64,000 nt of DNA from Methylophilus sp. (GCF_008015755.1 NZ_SSGF01000002.1:60204-124203), one strand, 5' to 3'; numbered from the stretch's first letter, positions 49,157-60,737 are shown. The notes: generated by a model from the sequence alone, not told the origin. A program made the numbers and translations.

Positions 49157-50383
49157 ATGCGAGTGACGTCAGAAGACAAAACCAACGTCAACCCTGTACC
49201 GGCAGAGGCTATAGACAAACCTAAACGTGGTCGCAAACGCAAGACCGAGGTCGACCAGAGCTCAAGCCAGGCATACCAGGTCGCCATGCAAAGCCAGCAA
49301 GAGCCAGTCAGTGACGAGCCAGTGCAGGCCACAGCCGCTGACGCGCACACTGATGCGCCCGAAGAATATGGTGCGGCGATGGCGCTGGAAAGCGCCCCGC
49401 AACCTGCCAGTGCCACACTGGCCTACGGCTCCGGCTGCGGCAATATGTTGAAAGCTGCTCGCGAAGCACAAGGCCTAAGTATCCACGAAGTCTGCAGCCA
49501 GCTGAGACTTGGCATCAAGCAGATTCAGGCCATTGAACAGGATGACTTTGACAAGCTGCCACAGCCTAGCATCGTGCGCGGCTTTATCCGCAACTATGCG
49601 CGCTTGCTGAATATTGACGTTAACCCGATTCTAGAAGCCTACCAACGCATTGTGCCGAATAAGGCACCGCTGCCACTCAGCGTGCGTTCAAATGCCAGCC
49701 GCTCAGTCATCGACAAGCCAGAGCGCACTTTCCGTCCGCAACGCTTGCTGACATTGCTGGTTTTTTTGGTATTGGCCGGGATTGCTGCCTACTTTTATAT
49801 TAACCACATCAAGCCGCAAACCTTGAAAGACGCTGCCCTGGCACTCGAAGTGGATGAAATTGCCGAAACCACCGGACAAGAAATCGCCATCCCGGTGCCT
49901 GAAGCTGCCCCTGCTCCAACTGAAGCAGCGCCTATCGCACCGATGACGGAAAACGTGGACGCCAGCACTGCGACCGCAAACAATGCCGCGCCTGCTGCAA
50001 TCACCACAGGCAATGACGCAACAGCGAACGCGGCAAATGTGTTATCTGCGAATAACGCCGTCGCCAATAACACCATTGTCAGCACACCCACGCCAGCTAC
50101 CACCCAAGCCGCTGAAAGCACCACCCTGCAAGCCACTGAGCCGCAAAAAGCCAACCTGGTGTTTAAAGTCAATGAGGATTCCTGGGTGCGTATTGAAGAC
50201 CTGCAAGGCAAAAAAGTGTTTAGTGAAGTGATGCCTGCGGGTTCAGAGCGTCAGGTCACCACTGAGAAACCGGTCAATATTACTGTTGGCCATGCCAGTG
50301 GCACCCAATTGACCATTGATAACCAGCCTTATGATTTAACACAGGCCACCCGTGGCCGTGTGGCACGTATTCAGCTCAAATAA
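49157..50383 (+). CDS. rodZ: Cytoskeleton protein RodZ
   Basis: HTH ([23 protein letters not shown]), a TM segment, C-terminal SWVRI..G domain; conserved position. Confidence 0.88.
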   Translation: MRVTSEDKTNVNPVPAEAIDKPKRGRKRKTEVDQSSSQAYQVAMQSQQEPVSDEPVQATAADAHTDAPEEYGAAMALESAPQPASATLAYGSGCGNMLKAAREAQGLSIHEVCSQLRLGIKQIQAIEQDDFDKLPQPSIVRGFIRNYARLLNIDVNPILEAYQRIVPNKAPLPLSVRSNASRSVIDKPERTFRPQRLLTLLVFLVLAGIAAYFYINHIKPQTLKDAALALEVDEIAETTGQEIAIPVPEAAPAPTEAAPIAPMTENVDASTATANNAAPAAITTGNDATANAANVLSANNAVANNTIVSTPTPATTQAAESTTLQATEPQKANLVFKVNEDSWVRIEDLQGKKVFSEVMPAGSERQVTTEKPVNITVGHASGTQLTIDNQPYDLTQATRGRVARIQLK

Positions 50384-50385
50384 CC

Positions 50386-51666
50386 ATGATAGCGCGTAGA
50401 AACAGTTTTCGGGTCATGGTTGGACACGTCGCGGTCGGCGGCGGCCTGCAAGGCACGCCCGTCTCATCCGTGGTGGTGCAAAGCATGACTAACACCGACA
50501 CCGCCGATGCTGCGGGCACCATTGCTCAGGTATACGAGCTGTGGCAAGCCGGTTCAGAAGTGGTGCGCATTACCGTCAACAGCGCCGAAGCTGCCGCACA
50601 AGTAGCGACGATACGTAAAGGCCTGGACGCCCTGGGCTGCAACGTGCCACTGGTAGGTGACTTTCACTTTAACGGCCACAAATTGTTACAAGCCTATCCG
50701 GATTGCGCAGCCGCGCTGGCCAAATACCGCATCAACCCGGGCAATGTTGGCAAAGGCAGCAAACGTGACGAGCAATTTGCCGCCATGATTGAAGCGGCTA
50801 TCCATTACCAAAAAGCGGTGCGCATCGGCGTCAACTGGGGCAGCCTGGATCAAGCCAAAATGGCACAAATGATGGATGACAATGGCAAGTCTGCCAATCC
50901 ACTCTCCGCCGACGCCTTGATGCGTGAGGCACTGATTCAATCTGCGCTCGAAAGCGCGCAACAAGCGGTCGATTTAGGCTTAAGCCCAAATCAGATCATT
51001 ATTTCGTGCAAAGTGAGCAATGTGCAAGACCTGGTGCTGGTGTATCAGGAGCTTGGCAAGCGCTGCGATTACCCCTTGCATTTAGGCCTAACAGAAGCAG
51101 GTATGGGCTCTAAAGGCATCGTAGCCTCAACCGCTGCGCTAGCGATTTTGTTACAGCAAGGCATAGGCGACACCATCCGCGTGTCACTCACGCCCGAGCC
51201 TGGTGAATCCCGCACCAAAGAAGTGGTGGTCGCGCAGGAAATCCTGCAAACCATGGGCATACGCTCATTTACCCCCTTGGTGACCGCTTGCCCAGGTTGT
51301 GGTCGCACTACCAGTACCTATTTTCAGGAGCTGGCACTGCAAATCCAGACCTGGTTGCGTAACCAGATGCCGGTTTGGCGTGCACAATATCCGGGTGTAG
51401 AAACCCTCAATGTGGCCGTGATGGGCTGCGTGGTGAACGGCCCCGGTGAGTCCAAATTGGCCAATATCGGCATCAGCTTGCCTGGCACTGGCGAAACGCC
51501 GGTCGCGCCGGTATTTGTCGATGGCGAAAAAACCGTCACCCTGAAAGGCGACCACATTGCCCAAGAATTTCAACAGATTGTGGACGAATATGTCCGCACG
51601 CATTACGCCGAAGGCGGCAAGCTGCGCGCTGCCAAAGCCAGTGTGATTCCCATAGTCGCTATTTAG
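50386..51666 (+). CDS. ispG: HMBPP synthase IspG
   Basis: [39 protein letters not shown]. Confidence 0.97.
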   Translation: MIARRNSFRVMVGHVAVGGGLQGTPVSSVVVQSMTNTDTADAAGTIAQVYELWQAGSEVVRITVNSAEAAAQVATIRKGLDALGCNVPLVGDFHFNGHKLLQAYPDCAAALAKYRINPGNVGKGSKRDEQFAAMIEAAIHYQKAVRIGVNWGSLDQAKMAQMMDDNGKSANPLSADALMREALIQSALESAQQAVDLGLSPNQIIISCKVSNVQDLVLVYQELGKRCDYPLHLGLTEAGMGSKGIVASTAALAILLQQGIGDTIRVSLTPEPGESRTKEVVVAQEILQTMGIRSFTPLVTACPGCGRTTSTYFQELALQIQTWLRNQMPVWRAQYPGVETLNVAVMGCVVNGPGESKLANIGISLPGTGETPVAPVFVDGEKTVTLKGDHIAQEFQQIVDEYVRTHYAEGGKLRAAKASVIPIVAI

Positions 51667-51672
51667 TATCTC

Positions 51673-52932
51673 ATGACGCAAAAATTTCAATCGATTAAAG
51701 GCTTTTACGACATTTTGCCAGAAGCCACCCCGCTCTGGTTCAAGCTCGAAGACACCGCCCGCCACATTTTGGGCCAGTATGGCTATAACAATATCCGCAT
51801 GCCATTGGTCGAACCGACTGAGCTATTTGTGCGCAGCGTCGGTGAGCATACCGACATTGTCGAGAAAGAAATGTATGCCTGGGAAGACAAACTCAATGGC
51901 GACAAACTGACCCTGCGCCCCGAGGGCACCGCTGGTTGCGTGCGTGCCGTGGTCGAGCATAACCTCACTTACAACGGCCCACAACGCCTGTGGTATATGG
52001 GTCCGATGTTCCGCCATGAAAACGTACAAAAAGGCCGCCAGCGCCAGTTTCACCAGATTGGCGTCGAGGCTTTTGGCTTTGATGGCCCGGATGTCGATGC
52101 CGAACAAATCGTGTTATTGGCACGTTTGTGGCGAGCATTAGGCATCGCCGACGTTGAATTACAGTTAAACAGCATCGGCGATGCTGACGAACGTGCGCAA
52201 TATCGCCAAACGCTGATTGCTTATTTTGAGCAACATGCAGACTTGCTCGATGAAGATGCCAAGCGCCGTTTGCACAGCAACCCTTTGCGTATTCTGGATA
52301 CTAAAAATCCACGCATGCAAGCCATGTGTGAAGCCGCCCCTAAATTGATGGATTGCCTGGGTGAGGCCTCGCAACAGCATTTTGCGCAGCTGCGCGCCCT
52401 GCTCGACCAAGCAGGCATTGCTTATACCATTAACCACAGATTGGTACGCGGCCTGGATTACTATAACCGCACCGTGTTTGAATGGGTCACCACCAAACTT
52501 GGCGCGCAAGGCACCATTGCCGGTGGCGGCCGCTACGACACCCTGGTAGAACGCATCGGCGGCAATGCCACTCCGGCGTGCGGCTTTGGCATTGGCCTGG
52601 AGCGCGTTTTTCTGCTCATGCAAGAGTATGGCGTCACCGCAGCCAACCAGGCCGATATTTACCTGGTCAATGTCGGTGATCTGGCGCAGCAAAAAGCGTT
52701 TTCTGTCGCCGAACAGCTGCGTAGCATGGGCTTGAATGTCGTGCTGCATGCAGGTGGTGGCAGCTTTAAATCACAAATGAAAAAAGCGGACCGTAGCGGT
52801 GCCAGGTTTGCAGCGATTTTGGGTGATGACGAAGCCGCCGCCAATGAACTCAGCCTGAAACCCATGCTTGGGCAAGGCGAGCAAGCACGCGTGAAACTTG
52901 ATCAGCTGTTGAGCATCATTCAATCCAGCTAA
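51673..52932 (+). CDS. hisS: Histidine--tRNA ligase
   Basis: LRPEGTA, RQFHQIGVE, LVRGLDYY, GGRYD. Confidence 0.97.
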   Translation: MTQKFQSIKGFYDILPEATPLWFKLEDTARHILGQYGYNNIRMPLVEPTELFVRSVGEHTDIVEKEMYAWEDKLNGDKLTLRPEGTAGCVRAVVEHNLTYNGPQRLWYMGPMFRHENVQKGRQRQFHQIGVEAFGFDGPDVDAEQIVLLARLWRALGIADVELQLNSIGDADERAQYRQTLIAYFEQHADLLDEDAKRRLHSNPLRILDTKNPRMQAMCEAAPKLMDCLGEASQQHFAQLRALLDQAGIAYTINHRLVRGLDYYNRTVFEWVTTKLGAQGTIAGGGRYDTLVERIGGNATPACGFGIGLERVFLLMQEYGVTAANQADIYLVNVGDLAQQKAFSVAEQLRSMGLNVVLHAGGGSFKSQMKKADRSGARFAAILGDDEAAANELSLKPMLGQGEQARVKLDQLLSIIQSS

Positions 52933-52957
52933 TCGTTTTAAGCCACAAGGAGGCCAG

Positions 52958-53713
52958 ATGTCGGAGCAAAAACATTTTTTTAATGCCATGACGGCATTAG
53001 GCCTGCTTCTGGCAGTGGGCATGGCATCGGCCGCGTTTATTCTTGGCGTGCAGGCAAAACATGCTGTCTCCAGCCAGCAGTCAATCACCGTCAAAGGCTT
53101 GGCAGAAAAACCGGTCAAAGCGGATCTCGCGCAATGGACAATTAATATTGGCGTCGTCGCCCCTACGCAGGCAGAAACACTGCAAGCGATTGACCGCGAG
53201 CGTGCCGTGCTGGCAAATTTTCTCGACCTGCAAGGCCTGGATGCCAGTATGCGCACGGTGAATGTGCAAACACTGGGGCCGCACTACGAAGAAGAATATA
53301 TCCACGACAGCCCACGCCAGGTACAACGCGGCTTTGAGGGCTATCAAAGCGTGCATATCAGCAGCAAAGACCTCAAGAAAATTGCCGCCGCCAACCAGGC
53401 CATTTTGACCTTGCGTGCAGACAACCACCCGGTCACCTCTCAACCACCCGAATACCTGGTGAGCAACCTCGAAACCGTCAAAATGTCATTGATTGCCGAC
53501 GCGACTAAAAATGCACGCACGCGCGCCACTGAGTTTGTGAAACAGGATGGCGTCAAGGTGGGCGTGATGAAATCGGCCAGCCAGGGCGCGTTTTATATTT
53601 TGCCAGCCACCGGCGGCGAAGACAGCGACAGCAGCTACGGCGGTATTTACGATAAATCCACCGTGGATAAAATTGCGCGCGTGGTCGTGACTGTGGTCTA
53701 CAACATCGAATGA
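52958..53713 (+). CDS. SIMPL (DUF541) domain protein
   Basis: ITVKGLAEKPVKADLA.W, ATKNARTRA, ASQGAF, DK.ARVVV. Confidence 0.85.
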   Translation: MSEQKHFFNAMTALGLLLAVGMASAAFILGVQAKHAVSSQQSITVKGLAEKPVKADLAQWTINIGVVAPTQAETLQAIDRERAVLANFLDLQGLDASMRTVNVQTLGPHYEEEYIHDSPRQVQRGFEGYQSVHISSKDLKKIAAANQAILTLRADNHPVTSQPPEYLVSNLETVKMSLIADATKNARTRATEFVKQDGVKVGVMKSASQGAFYILPATGGEDSDSSYGGIYDKSTVDKIARVVVTVVYNIE

Positions 53714-54534
53714 CAGAAATCCTGCGCATAGAGCAACTCAGCATCAGCCCGGCGCATGCGCCTGCGCGTAAACTGGTGAACCAGGTATCACTGACATTGG
53801 CACGTGGTAAGACCACCTGTATCGTCGGTGAATCAGGCAGCGGCAAAAGCCTGACCGCGCTCAGCATCATGAAGCTGCTGTCACCGCAATTACACATGCA
53901 AGGCCAGGTATTCTTTCAGGGCCAGGAGATCAGCCAGCACAATGAAAGCGCCATGCAGCGCTTGCGCGGCAGGCAAATGGGCATGATTTTCCAGGAGCCG
54001 ATGACCTCACTCAACCCGGTGCTCACCATCGGTTTTCAAATCGGCGAGCCATTACAAACGCATTTAGGCCTGAAAGGCCAGGCGCTTAAACAAAAAGTCG
54101 CCGCACTGCTGGAGCAAGTTGGCATTGACCCGACACGTGCTGATAGTTATCCGGATGAGCTGTCTGGCGGCCAACGCCAGCGGGTGATGATCGCCATGAG
54201 CATTGCCTGCGAACCAGCATTATTGATTGCTGATGAGCCGACGACCGCACTTGACGTGACCGTGCAGGCGCAAGTGTTACGCTTGCTGGATGAGTTGAAA
54301 AATCGTCTGCAGATGGCCATGCTGTTTATCACGCATGACTTTGGCGTGGTGGCAGACATTGCCGATGAAGTCATCGTCATGTTCAGGGGTGAAATTGTAG
54401 AGTCCGGCAGCGTGGCGCAAGTGCTGCACTCGCCACAACACCCATATACACGCGCCCTGCTGGCCTGCGTGCCAGATGCCGAAGGCAAAAAAGTGTTGCA
54501 ACCCATGACTTATGACTGGCTAACGCCCGCCTGA
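53710..54534 (+). CDS. Peptide/nickel-type ABC transporter ATP-binding subunit
   Basis: GESGSGKS, FQEPMTSLNP, LSGGQRQR, ADEPTTALD. Confidence 0.92.
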   Translation: MTEILRIEQLSISPAHAPARKLVNQVSLTLARGKTTCIVGESGSGKSLTALSIMKLLSPQLHMQGQVFFQGQEISQHNESAMQRLRGRQMGMIFQEPMTSLNPVLTIGFQIGEPLQTHLGLKGQALKQKVAALLEQVGIDPTRADSYPDELSGGQRQRVMIAMSIACEPALLIADEPTTALDVTVQAQVLRLLDELKNRLQMAMLFITHDFGVVADIADEVIVMFRGEIVESGSVAQVLHSPQHPYTRALLACVPDAEGKKVLQPMTYDWLTPA

Positions 54535-54544
54535 TGGAGTCACC

Positions 54545-55354
54545 ATGACGGATATATTGCTGCAAGCACGCCACCTGCATAAAACCTATCGTCAGCGCTC
54601 AGGCACGCTGGGGTTAAAAACCAATACCATCCATGCGCTGGACGATGTCAGCCTGCAACTCAAGCAAGGCACGACGCTGGCGGTGGTCGGCGAATCCGGC
54701 AGTGGCAAATCCACGCTGGCACGCGGTCTCTTGCGTTTATTACCGTTAGATAGCGGCGAGGTCATTTTCGATGGCCAGGACTTTCTGGCGCTGGAAAAAT
54801 CCGCGTTACGCCTGGCCCGTCAGCATATTCAAATGGTGTTTCAGGACCCGTTTGCTTCGCTCAACCCCAGAATCCGCGTGGGCAATATTATTGCAGAGGG
54901 CCTGGTCATCCACCGCATTGGCAGCGCGCAACAGCAACAGGAACAAGTAGTGCAAATGCTGGAAAAAGTCGGCCTGCACGCAGACGACGCGCGTAAATAT
55001 CCGCATCAGTTTTCTGGTGGCCAACGCCAGCGTATCGGTATTGCCCGTGCGCTGATTCTGCAACCCAAACTCCTGATTTGCGATGAGCCAGTGTCGGCGC
55101 TGGATGTCTCGGTACAAGCGCAAATTTTGCTGCTGCTTAAACAACTTCAGCAAGACATGGGGCTGAGTTATTTGTTTATCACCCATGATTTACGCGTGGT
55201 CAGACACATTGCAGACGACGTACTGGTGATGCAAAAAGGCAAAGTAATTGAGCAAGGAAGCGTAGAAACCATTTATAATGCTCCCCAGCAAAAATATACA
55301 CAACAGTTACTCAGCGCGATTCCCGGCCATGGGTTGCGGGCTGTAACCGCTTAA
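54545..55354 (+). CDS. Peptide/nickel-type ABC transporter ATP-binding subunit
   Basis: GESGSGKST, FQDPFASLNPR, FSGGQRQRIG, CDEPVSALD. Confidence 0.92.
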   Translation: MTDILLQARHLHKTYRQRSGTLGLKTNTIHALDDVSLQLKQGTTLAVVGESGSGKSTLARGLLRLLPLDSGEVIFDGQDFLALEKSALRLARQHIQMVFQDPFASLNPRIRVGNIIAEGLVIHRIGSAQQQQEQVVQMLEKVGLHADDARKYPHQFSGGQRQRIGIARALILQPKLLICDEPVSALDVSVQAQILLLLKQLQQDMGLSYLFITHDLRVVRHIADDVLVMQKGKVIEQGSVETIYNAPQQKYTQQLLSAIPGHGLRAVTA

Positions 55355-55393
55355 TCTCATCTTCATTCAATAAGAACACGCAGGAACAATTCA

Positions 55394-56032
55394 ATGGCAT
55401 ACGATTTGGAAGAACAGGAACAACTAGACGAGTTTAGAGCCTGGTGGAACAAACATGGAAAACTGGTCACTCGCCTGGTGATCGCCGCTGCAGTGGCATA
55501 TGGTGGCTGGCAAGGCTATCAATCCTGGATGAACAGCAAAGCCACCGCTGCCTCTACCGCTTATCAAACCCTGGTCAGTACTACACTACTAGATGTAGAC
55601 AGCAAAAAAGCCGAGCAAATCAGCAAAGATGCCCAAGCGATTGAAGCAGATTACAGCATGACGCCATACGCTGGACGTGCAGCGCTATTTGCTGCGCGTG
55701 CATTGCATGAAGCCAACCAGTCAGAAGCCGCCGAAAAGCAACTGCGCTGGGCCGTGGCTGAAGCCAAAGAAGCTGCAATTAAACACATGGCTGCCGTCGA
55801 AATTGCTGGCTTGCAAATTGAGCGTAACGCGCTGGATGATGCCAAAAAAACCTTGGCCGCCATTGATGACAAAGGCTTTGATGGCATCAAGAATGCGTTG
55901 CTTGGCGATATTTATCTGGCCAGCAAGCAAGAAAAAGAAGCCAAAGAGGCTTATAACAAAGCACTACAAGGCTTAGACCCAGAAGGCAAACTGTTTTACC
56001 TGACCCAGCAAAAGCTGGATGCCTTGGGATAA
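55394..56032 (+). CDS. yfgM: Ancillary SecYEG TPR protein YfgM
   Basis: YDLEEQEQL..WW..G, TM segment, TPR; precedes bamB. Confidence 0.92.
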   Translation: MAYDLEEQEQLDEFRAWWNKHGKLVTRLVIAAAVAYGGWQGYQSWMNSKATAASTAYQTLVSTTLLDVDSKKAEQISKDAQAIEADYSMTPYAGRAALFAARALHEANQSEAAEKQLRWAVAEAKEAAIKHMAAVEIAGLQIERNALDDAKKTLAAIDDKGFDGIKNALLGDIYLASKQEKEAKEAYNKALQGLDPEGKLFYLTQQKLDALG

Positions 56033-57253
56033 TTGCCAATGAGGTCTTTCTTGCCTGCGCGACGCAACCAGCCGCAATCTCTCAAACATGCCACGCTCGC
56101 TGCCTTGTTGTTATTGGCTAGCGGGCTTTCTGCATGTACTGCCTTCAATGATGTTAAAACCAACCTCAGTGAAAGCATTTTTGGTGCGGAACCGGCCAAC
56201 CCACCGGTAGAGCTGGAAGAAATCAAATCCTCTTATGAAACACGCATTCAATGGTCAGTCGATGTCGGCTCGCCAGGACGCTTTACCTACGCGCCCGTCT
56301 TGGCAGACAACCTGATTTATACCGTCAACGCTGAAGGCAGCGTGATGCAACTGTCGGCTGACACCGGCAAAACGATTTGGGAAACCGAAATCGGCGAACC
56401 GATTAGTAGTGGCGCAGGCCTCGGTGGCGGCCTGGTATTGGTCGGCACGAGCAAAGGTCATTTATTCGCGTTAAACATCAATGGTAAAAAGCTGTGGAGC
56501 GCCGTGCTCAGCAGCGAAGTACAAGGCCAGCCACGTTATTACGATGGCACGGTCATTGTGCGTACCAGCGACCATCATATTTACGGCATTGATGCCGCCG
56601 ATGGCCGTCGCAAATGGTCGTACGAACGCGCCACACCTTCGCTTTCGCTCAAAACGCAAGCAGGTATTGTGGTCGATAGCGGCGCCGTCTATGCCGGGTT
56701 TCCAGGTGGCAAACTGGTGGCGATTCGCGCTGACAATGGCAAACTGGTTTGGGAGGCCACCGTCGCCCAGCCCAAAGGCGTGACAGAAATCGAACGGATT
56801 GCCGATATCACCAGCCTGCCATTTGTCGACGGTCCATTGGTCTATGTCGTCGCTTATCAGGGCAAAGTCGCTGCCGTTGACCGCCAGCGCGGGCAAGTGG
56901 TGTGGAACCGCGATATTTCCAGCTATGTCGGCCTGACTGCAGAAAATAATAAAATCTACCTAAGCCATACCGTCGGTTCAGTCTACTCACTAGACAGCAC
57001 CAATGGTAAGACTTTCTGGCGCCAGGCGAACCTGGGTTACCGCCATCTAACGGTCCCGCTGCCTTTAAGCAATATGGTCGCTGTTGGCGATCTCGAAGGT
57101 TATATCCACTTACTCAGCCAGGATGATGGCAGCTTTGTTGGCCGACTACAATTGGGTTCAAAACCCATTATGTCACTGATTGCAGGCAACAATCCCAATC
57201 AGTTCCTCGCGCAATCGCGTGACGGCCACCTTTACGCAGTCACATACAAATAA
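56033..57253 (+). CDS. bamB: Outer membrane assembly lipoprotein BamB
   Basis: Lipobox LSAC, PQQ-like beta-propeller repeats, EIERIAD; exact start uncertain. Confidence 0.94.
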   Translation: MPMRSFLPARRNQPQSLKHATLAALLLLASGLSACTAFNDVKTNLSESIFGAEPANPPVELEEIKSSYETRIQWSVDVGSPGRFTYAPVLADNLIYTVNAEGSVMQLSADTGKTIWETEIGEPISSGAGLGGGLVLVGTSKGHLFALNINGKKLWSAVLSSEVQGQPRYYDGTVIVRTSDHHIYGIDAADGRRKWSYERATPSLSLKTQAGIVVDSGAVYAGFPGGKLVAIRADNGKLVWEATVAQPKGVTEIERIADITSLPFVDGPLVYVVAYQGKVAAVDRQRGQVVWNRDISSYVGLTAENNKIYLSHTVGSVYSLDSTNGKTFWRQANLGYRHLTVPLPLSNMVAVGDLEGYIHLLSQDDGSFVGRLQLGSKPIMSLIAGNNPNQFLAQSRDGHLYAVTYK

Positions 57254-58686
57254 TGCTACCTACCATCGTACTTGTTGGTCGACCCAATGTCGGCAAATCC
57301 ACCCTATTTAACCGACTGACCAGGTCACGCGATGCACTGGTCGCCGACTTGCCGGGCTTAACCAGAGACCGCCACTACGGTCGCGGCATGGGCGCCAGCC
57401 AACCTTACCTGGTGATTGACACCGGCGGTTTTGAACCAACGGCAGACACCGGCATTTTGAAAGAAATGGCCAAGCAAACTCTGCTGGCGATCGACGAAGC
57501 TGATGTGATTATCTTTTTGGTCGATGCCCGCGCAGGCTTGACGCCACAAGAATTCACCATTGCGCAAACCTTGCGCAAGGCACAACGCCCTATTCTGCTC
57601 GCGGTAAACAAAACCGAAGGCATGCGCAAAGCCATCGTCAGTGCAGACTTTCATGAGCTCGGCATGGGTGACCCCTTGTCTATTTCATCCGCGCACGGCG
57701 AAGGCGTACGCGACCTGATCGAACTGGCGCTGGAAACCATTGTTGAAAAAGAGCCAGAAGCGACTGGGCCAACCAATCATGACACGCCCAGAATTGCCAT
57801 TGTCGGCCGCCCCAATGTCGGCAAATCGACACTGGTGAATGCCCTGCTGGGTGAAGACCGCGTGATTGCATTTGACGAACCAGGCACCACCCGCGACTCG
57901 ATTGAAATCGCCCTCGAAAAAAACGGCAAACAATACACGATTATTGATACGGCGGGCGTGCGCAAGCGCGGCAAAGTGTTCGAGGCTGTAGAAAAATTCT
58001 CGGTAATTAAAACCATGCAGGCGATTGAAGATGCCAATGTGGCTATTTTGGTCGTTGATGCCAAAGATGGCATTACCGAGCAAGATGCCCACGTCGCGGC
58101 TTACATTGTCGATGCCGGGCGCGCGCTGGTGGTTGCCATTAATAAATGGGATGGCCTGCAAGACGACGAACGTGAGTGGATCAAACGTGAAATAGACCGT
58201 AAATTACAGTTTCTCGACTTTGCCAAGTTTCACTATATTTCAGCGCTGCGTAAAAAAGGCCTGAATGAGTTGCTGGCGTCGGTAGATGTAGCTTTTAAGG
58301 CTGCCATGAGCGATCTGGCGACACCACAGCTGACACGCGTCCTGGGGGAAGCCACCACACAACACCAACCACCGATTACGCGCGGCATTCGCCCCAAATT
58401 GCGCTACGCGCATCAGGGTGGCTCTAATCCACCGATTGTCGTCATCCACGGTAATCACGTCGATGGCATCAAAGCGAGCTATACGCGCTATCTGGAGGGC
58501 ATTTTCCGCAAAGCCTTTCAATTGGTAGGCACGCCTTTACGTGTGCAATATAACCAGGGCGAAAACCCGTTTGATAAAGAAGACGAGCGCAAAAAAGGCG
58601 AAGGCCTGGTCACCATGCGTAGGCGCAAAAACGAAATGCGCGCCAAGCTAAAGCAGCGCAACGAGCAGAATAAAACTAAAAAGTAA
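57253..58686 (+). CDS. der: Ribosome biogenesis GTPase Der
   Basis: Two GRPNVGKS G-domains plus a KH-like domain; basic C-terminal tail. Confidence 0.98.
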   Translation: MLPTIVLVGRPNVGKSTLFNRLTRSRDALVADLPGLTRDRHYGRGMGASQPYLVIDTGGFEPTADTGILKEMAKQTLLAIDEADVIIFLVDARAGLTPQEFTIAQTLRKAQRPILLAVNKTEGMRKAIVSADFHELGMGDPLSISSAHGEGVRDLIELALETIVEKEPEATGPTNHDTPRIAIVGRPNVGKSTLVNALLGEDRVIAFDEPGTTRDSIEIALEKNGKQYTIIDTAGVRKRGKVFEAVEKFSVIKTMQAIEDANVAILVVDAKDGITEQDAHVAAYIVDAGRALVVAINKWDGLQDDEREWIKREIDRKLQFLDFAKFHYISALRKKGLNELLASVDVAFKAAMSDLATPQLTRVLGEATTQHQPPITRGIRPKLRYAHQGGSNPPIVVIHGNHVDGIKASYTRYLEGIFRKAFQLVGTPLRVQYNQGENPFDKEDERKKGEGLVTMRRRKNEMRAKLKQRNEQNKTKK

Positions 58687-58755
58687 CGCCTGTGCAAGGG
58701 GGGTGAAATACCAGCGAGATGCGTAACCACCCTCCCCATTCACACAGACTCTAGC

Positions 58756-59220
58756 TTACTGAGGCAGTTTAATTTCATACGTTTGCCACGCTGTGTGTTC
58801 AGCTACCTTGTCATAACAAGCGCGGGCACGCAGATTATCTTTAGCCGTCATCCAACGGATTACTGACCAGCGACTCTCCTGCCCAATCTCAGCAACCGCC
58901 TGAATTAACTGCTGGGCAATGCCTTGCCCTCTCGCTGCGGGCACCACAAACAAGTCATCCACATAAGCGCCCAATGTCGCGGCTAATGGTCTGGCAAAAA
59001 TCCGGTAATGCAACAAGCCCAAGATCTGGCGCTCAGTATTCACTGCCACTAAAGCGTAAATGACAGGCGGAGATTGCTGTAACCATTGCCAGACTTGATC
59101 GCGCATGGCTTGCGTCTGCTTAACAGCGTAAAACTCAGCATAAGCAGCATACAACAGGCACCAGTCATCATAGTCTTGTAATGCTATGGGTCTCACTGTC
59201 ACCGGGGTTTCTTTCAACAT
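58756..59220 (-). CDS. GNAT-family N-acetyltransferase
   Basis: VDDLFVVPAARGQGIA..LI, W.TAKDN..AR..YD. Confidence 0.9.
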   Translation of the reverse strand: MLKETPVTVRPIALQDYDDWCLLYAAYAEFYAVKQTQAMRDQVWQWLQQSPPVIYALVAVNTERQILGLLHYRIFARPLAATLGAYVDDLFVVPAARGQGIAQQLIQAVAEIGQESRWSVIRWMTAKDNLRARACYDKVAEHTAWQTYEIKLPQ

Positions 59221-59278
59221 ATTTTTTTACCTGACTAAGTTATTTGACTGGCTAGATTATTTTAAAAGTGCGGACAAT

Positions 59279-59305
59279 AAAAAAGGGACCTCGCGGTCCC
59301 TTTTT
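59279..59305. terminator. Intrinsic terminator after sppA
   Basis: A6-gggacc-tcgc-ggtccc-T5. Confidence 0.85.
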
Positions 59306-59319
59306 GTCACTACTAGCAG

Positions 59320-60300
59320 TTATCGCAGGGTCGGTAACAATTGCTTGGCGCTCACGCCCAGTTCCTGTGCCATGCTGGCACCCAGTTTTTTGGCAAAACG
59401 ATCCACCACAGTTTCCTGATAAGTAAAATCAACAATCTCAGATTCTTTGATCACTTCACGCGCCACATACTCAGCACTGCCTTGTGCATCGGCCAGGCCT
59501 AATTTAATACTTTCTTCACCGTTCCAGAACAAACCACTAAAAGTGTCTTCATTCTCTTTTAGACGGTTACCACGCCCTTCACGCACTACGGTAATAAACT
59601 GCTGATGAATCTGGTCCAGCATGCTTTGTGCAAACGCTTGCTGTTTTGGATTCACTGGCGAGAATGGATCCAGCATGCCTTTATTGGCGCCAGCCGTCAG
59701 CAGGCGGCGCTCAACACCAACTTTTTTCATAACCTCAGTAAAGCCATAGCCATCCATCAACACACCGATGGAACCAACAATACTGGCTTTATCGACAAAA
59801 ATTTTGTCCGCAGCCACCGCAATGTAATAGCCACCTGACGCACAAATATCCTCAACCACCGCATAGACTGGAATCTCAGGGTGCAATTTGCGTTGACGGT
59901 GAATTTCGTCATTAATAATGCCCGCTTGTACCGGGCTGCCGCCTGGGCTGTTAATGCGCAAAATAATGCCTTTGGTGCCCTTGTTATCGTAAGCATCATT
60001 TAGGCTGCTGATGACGGCATCAGCATTCACTGCTCCGCCCGCTTCGATCACGCCTGAGAGCTCAATCAGTGCAGTGTGTGCGGTTGAGGCATTTTTGTTT
60101 TGGCCAACCCAGCCCAAAAACGTCATGAGCAAGAAAAACAGATAAATAAAAGTCAATGATTTAAACAGGATGGACCAGCGTCTGGCTGACTTTTGCTCTT
60201 GCAGCCCGGCCAAGGCGATTTTTTCTACCGTACGAATGGCCCAGTCTGGCGATTGATTCGCATGTTTCGGGGCGGATGACTGCGGATTCTCTTCTTGCAT
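59320..60300 (-). CDS. sppA: S49-family signal peptide peptidase SppA
   Basis: LRINSPGGS, ASGGYYIA, VGSIGV. Confidence 0.93.
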   Translation of the reverse strand: MQEENPQSSAPKHANQSPDWAIRTVEKIALAGLQEQKSARRWSILFKSLTFIYLFFLLMTFLGWVGQNKNASTAHTALIELSGVIEAGGAVNADAVISSLNDAYDNKGTKGIILRINSPGGSPVQAGIINDEIHRQRKLHPEIPVYAVVEDICASGGYYIAVAADKIFVDKASIVGSIGVLMDGYGFTEVMKKVGVERRLLTAGANKGMLDPFSPVNPKQQAFAQSMLDQIHQQFITVVREGRGNRLKENEDTFSGLFWNGEESIKLGLADAQGSAEYVAREVIKESEIVDFTYQETVVDRFAKKLGASMAQELGVSAKQLLPTLR

Positions 60301-60386
60301 AACTCAACTTTCGTCAATAAATTTTAGCTATTCTAACAACTTTTAGCGGTTTGCCTGGCGTCTATTTTCACGCCCGCAACCACGCA

Positions 60387-60737
60387 TTAAAATTGATCCA
60401 GATGGACTTTAATCACACCAGCTTCCTCTGTCACCGGGATGGCAGATAAACGCTTGCCCTGACAAGGACCTACCACGCAGTGACCGGTTTGTGGCGCATA
60501 CATCGCGCCATGTGTGGCACAGATAATCCACTCCTGGGTCATATTAAAAAACTTGCCATGTTCCCAATCCAGCTCGACTGGCACATGGGCACAGCGATTC
60601 ACATAAGCGTAAGCCTTACCCTCATAACGCACCAAAAAACCGCTCGCATGCGGCCCCAGCACGGGCATGGCAAACCGCAAGCCATCGCCTTTTTCTTGCA
60701 ACGCGTCACTGCTAAAAGTGAGAGCAGTCTCAGTCAT
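60387..60737 (-). CDS. Rieske [2Fe-2S] ferredoxin
   Basis: NRCAH...CATHGA.Y...G.C..GPC. Confidence 0.92.
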   Translation of the reverse strand: MTETALTFSSDALQEKGDGLRFAMPVLGPHASGFLVRYEGKAYAYVNRCAHVPVELDWEHGKFFNMTQEWIICATHGAMYAPQTGHCVVGPCQGKRLSAIPVTEEAGVIKVHLDQF

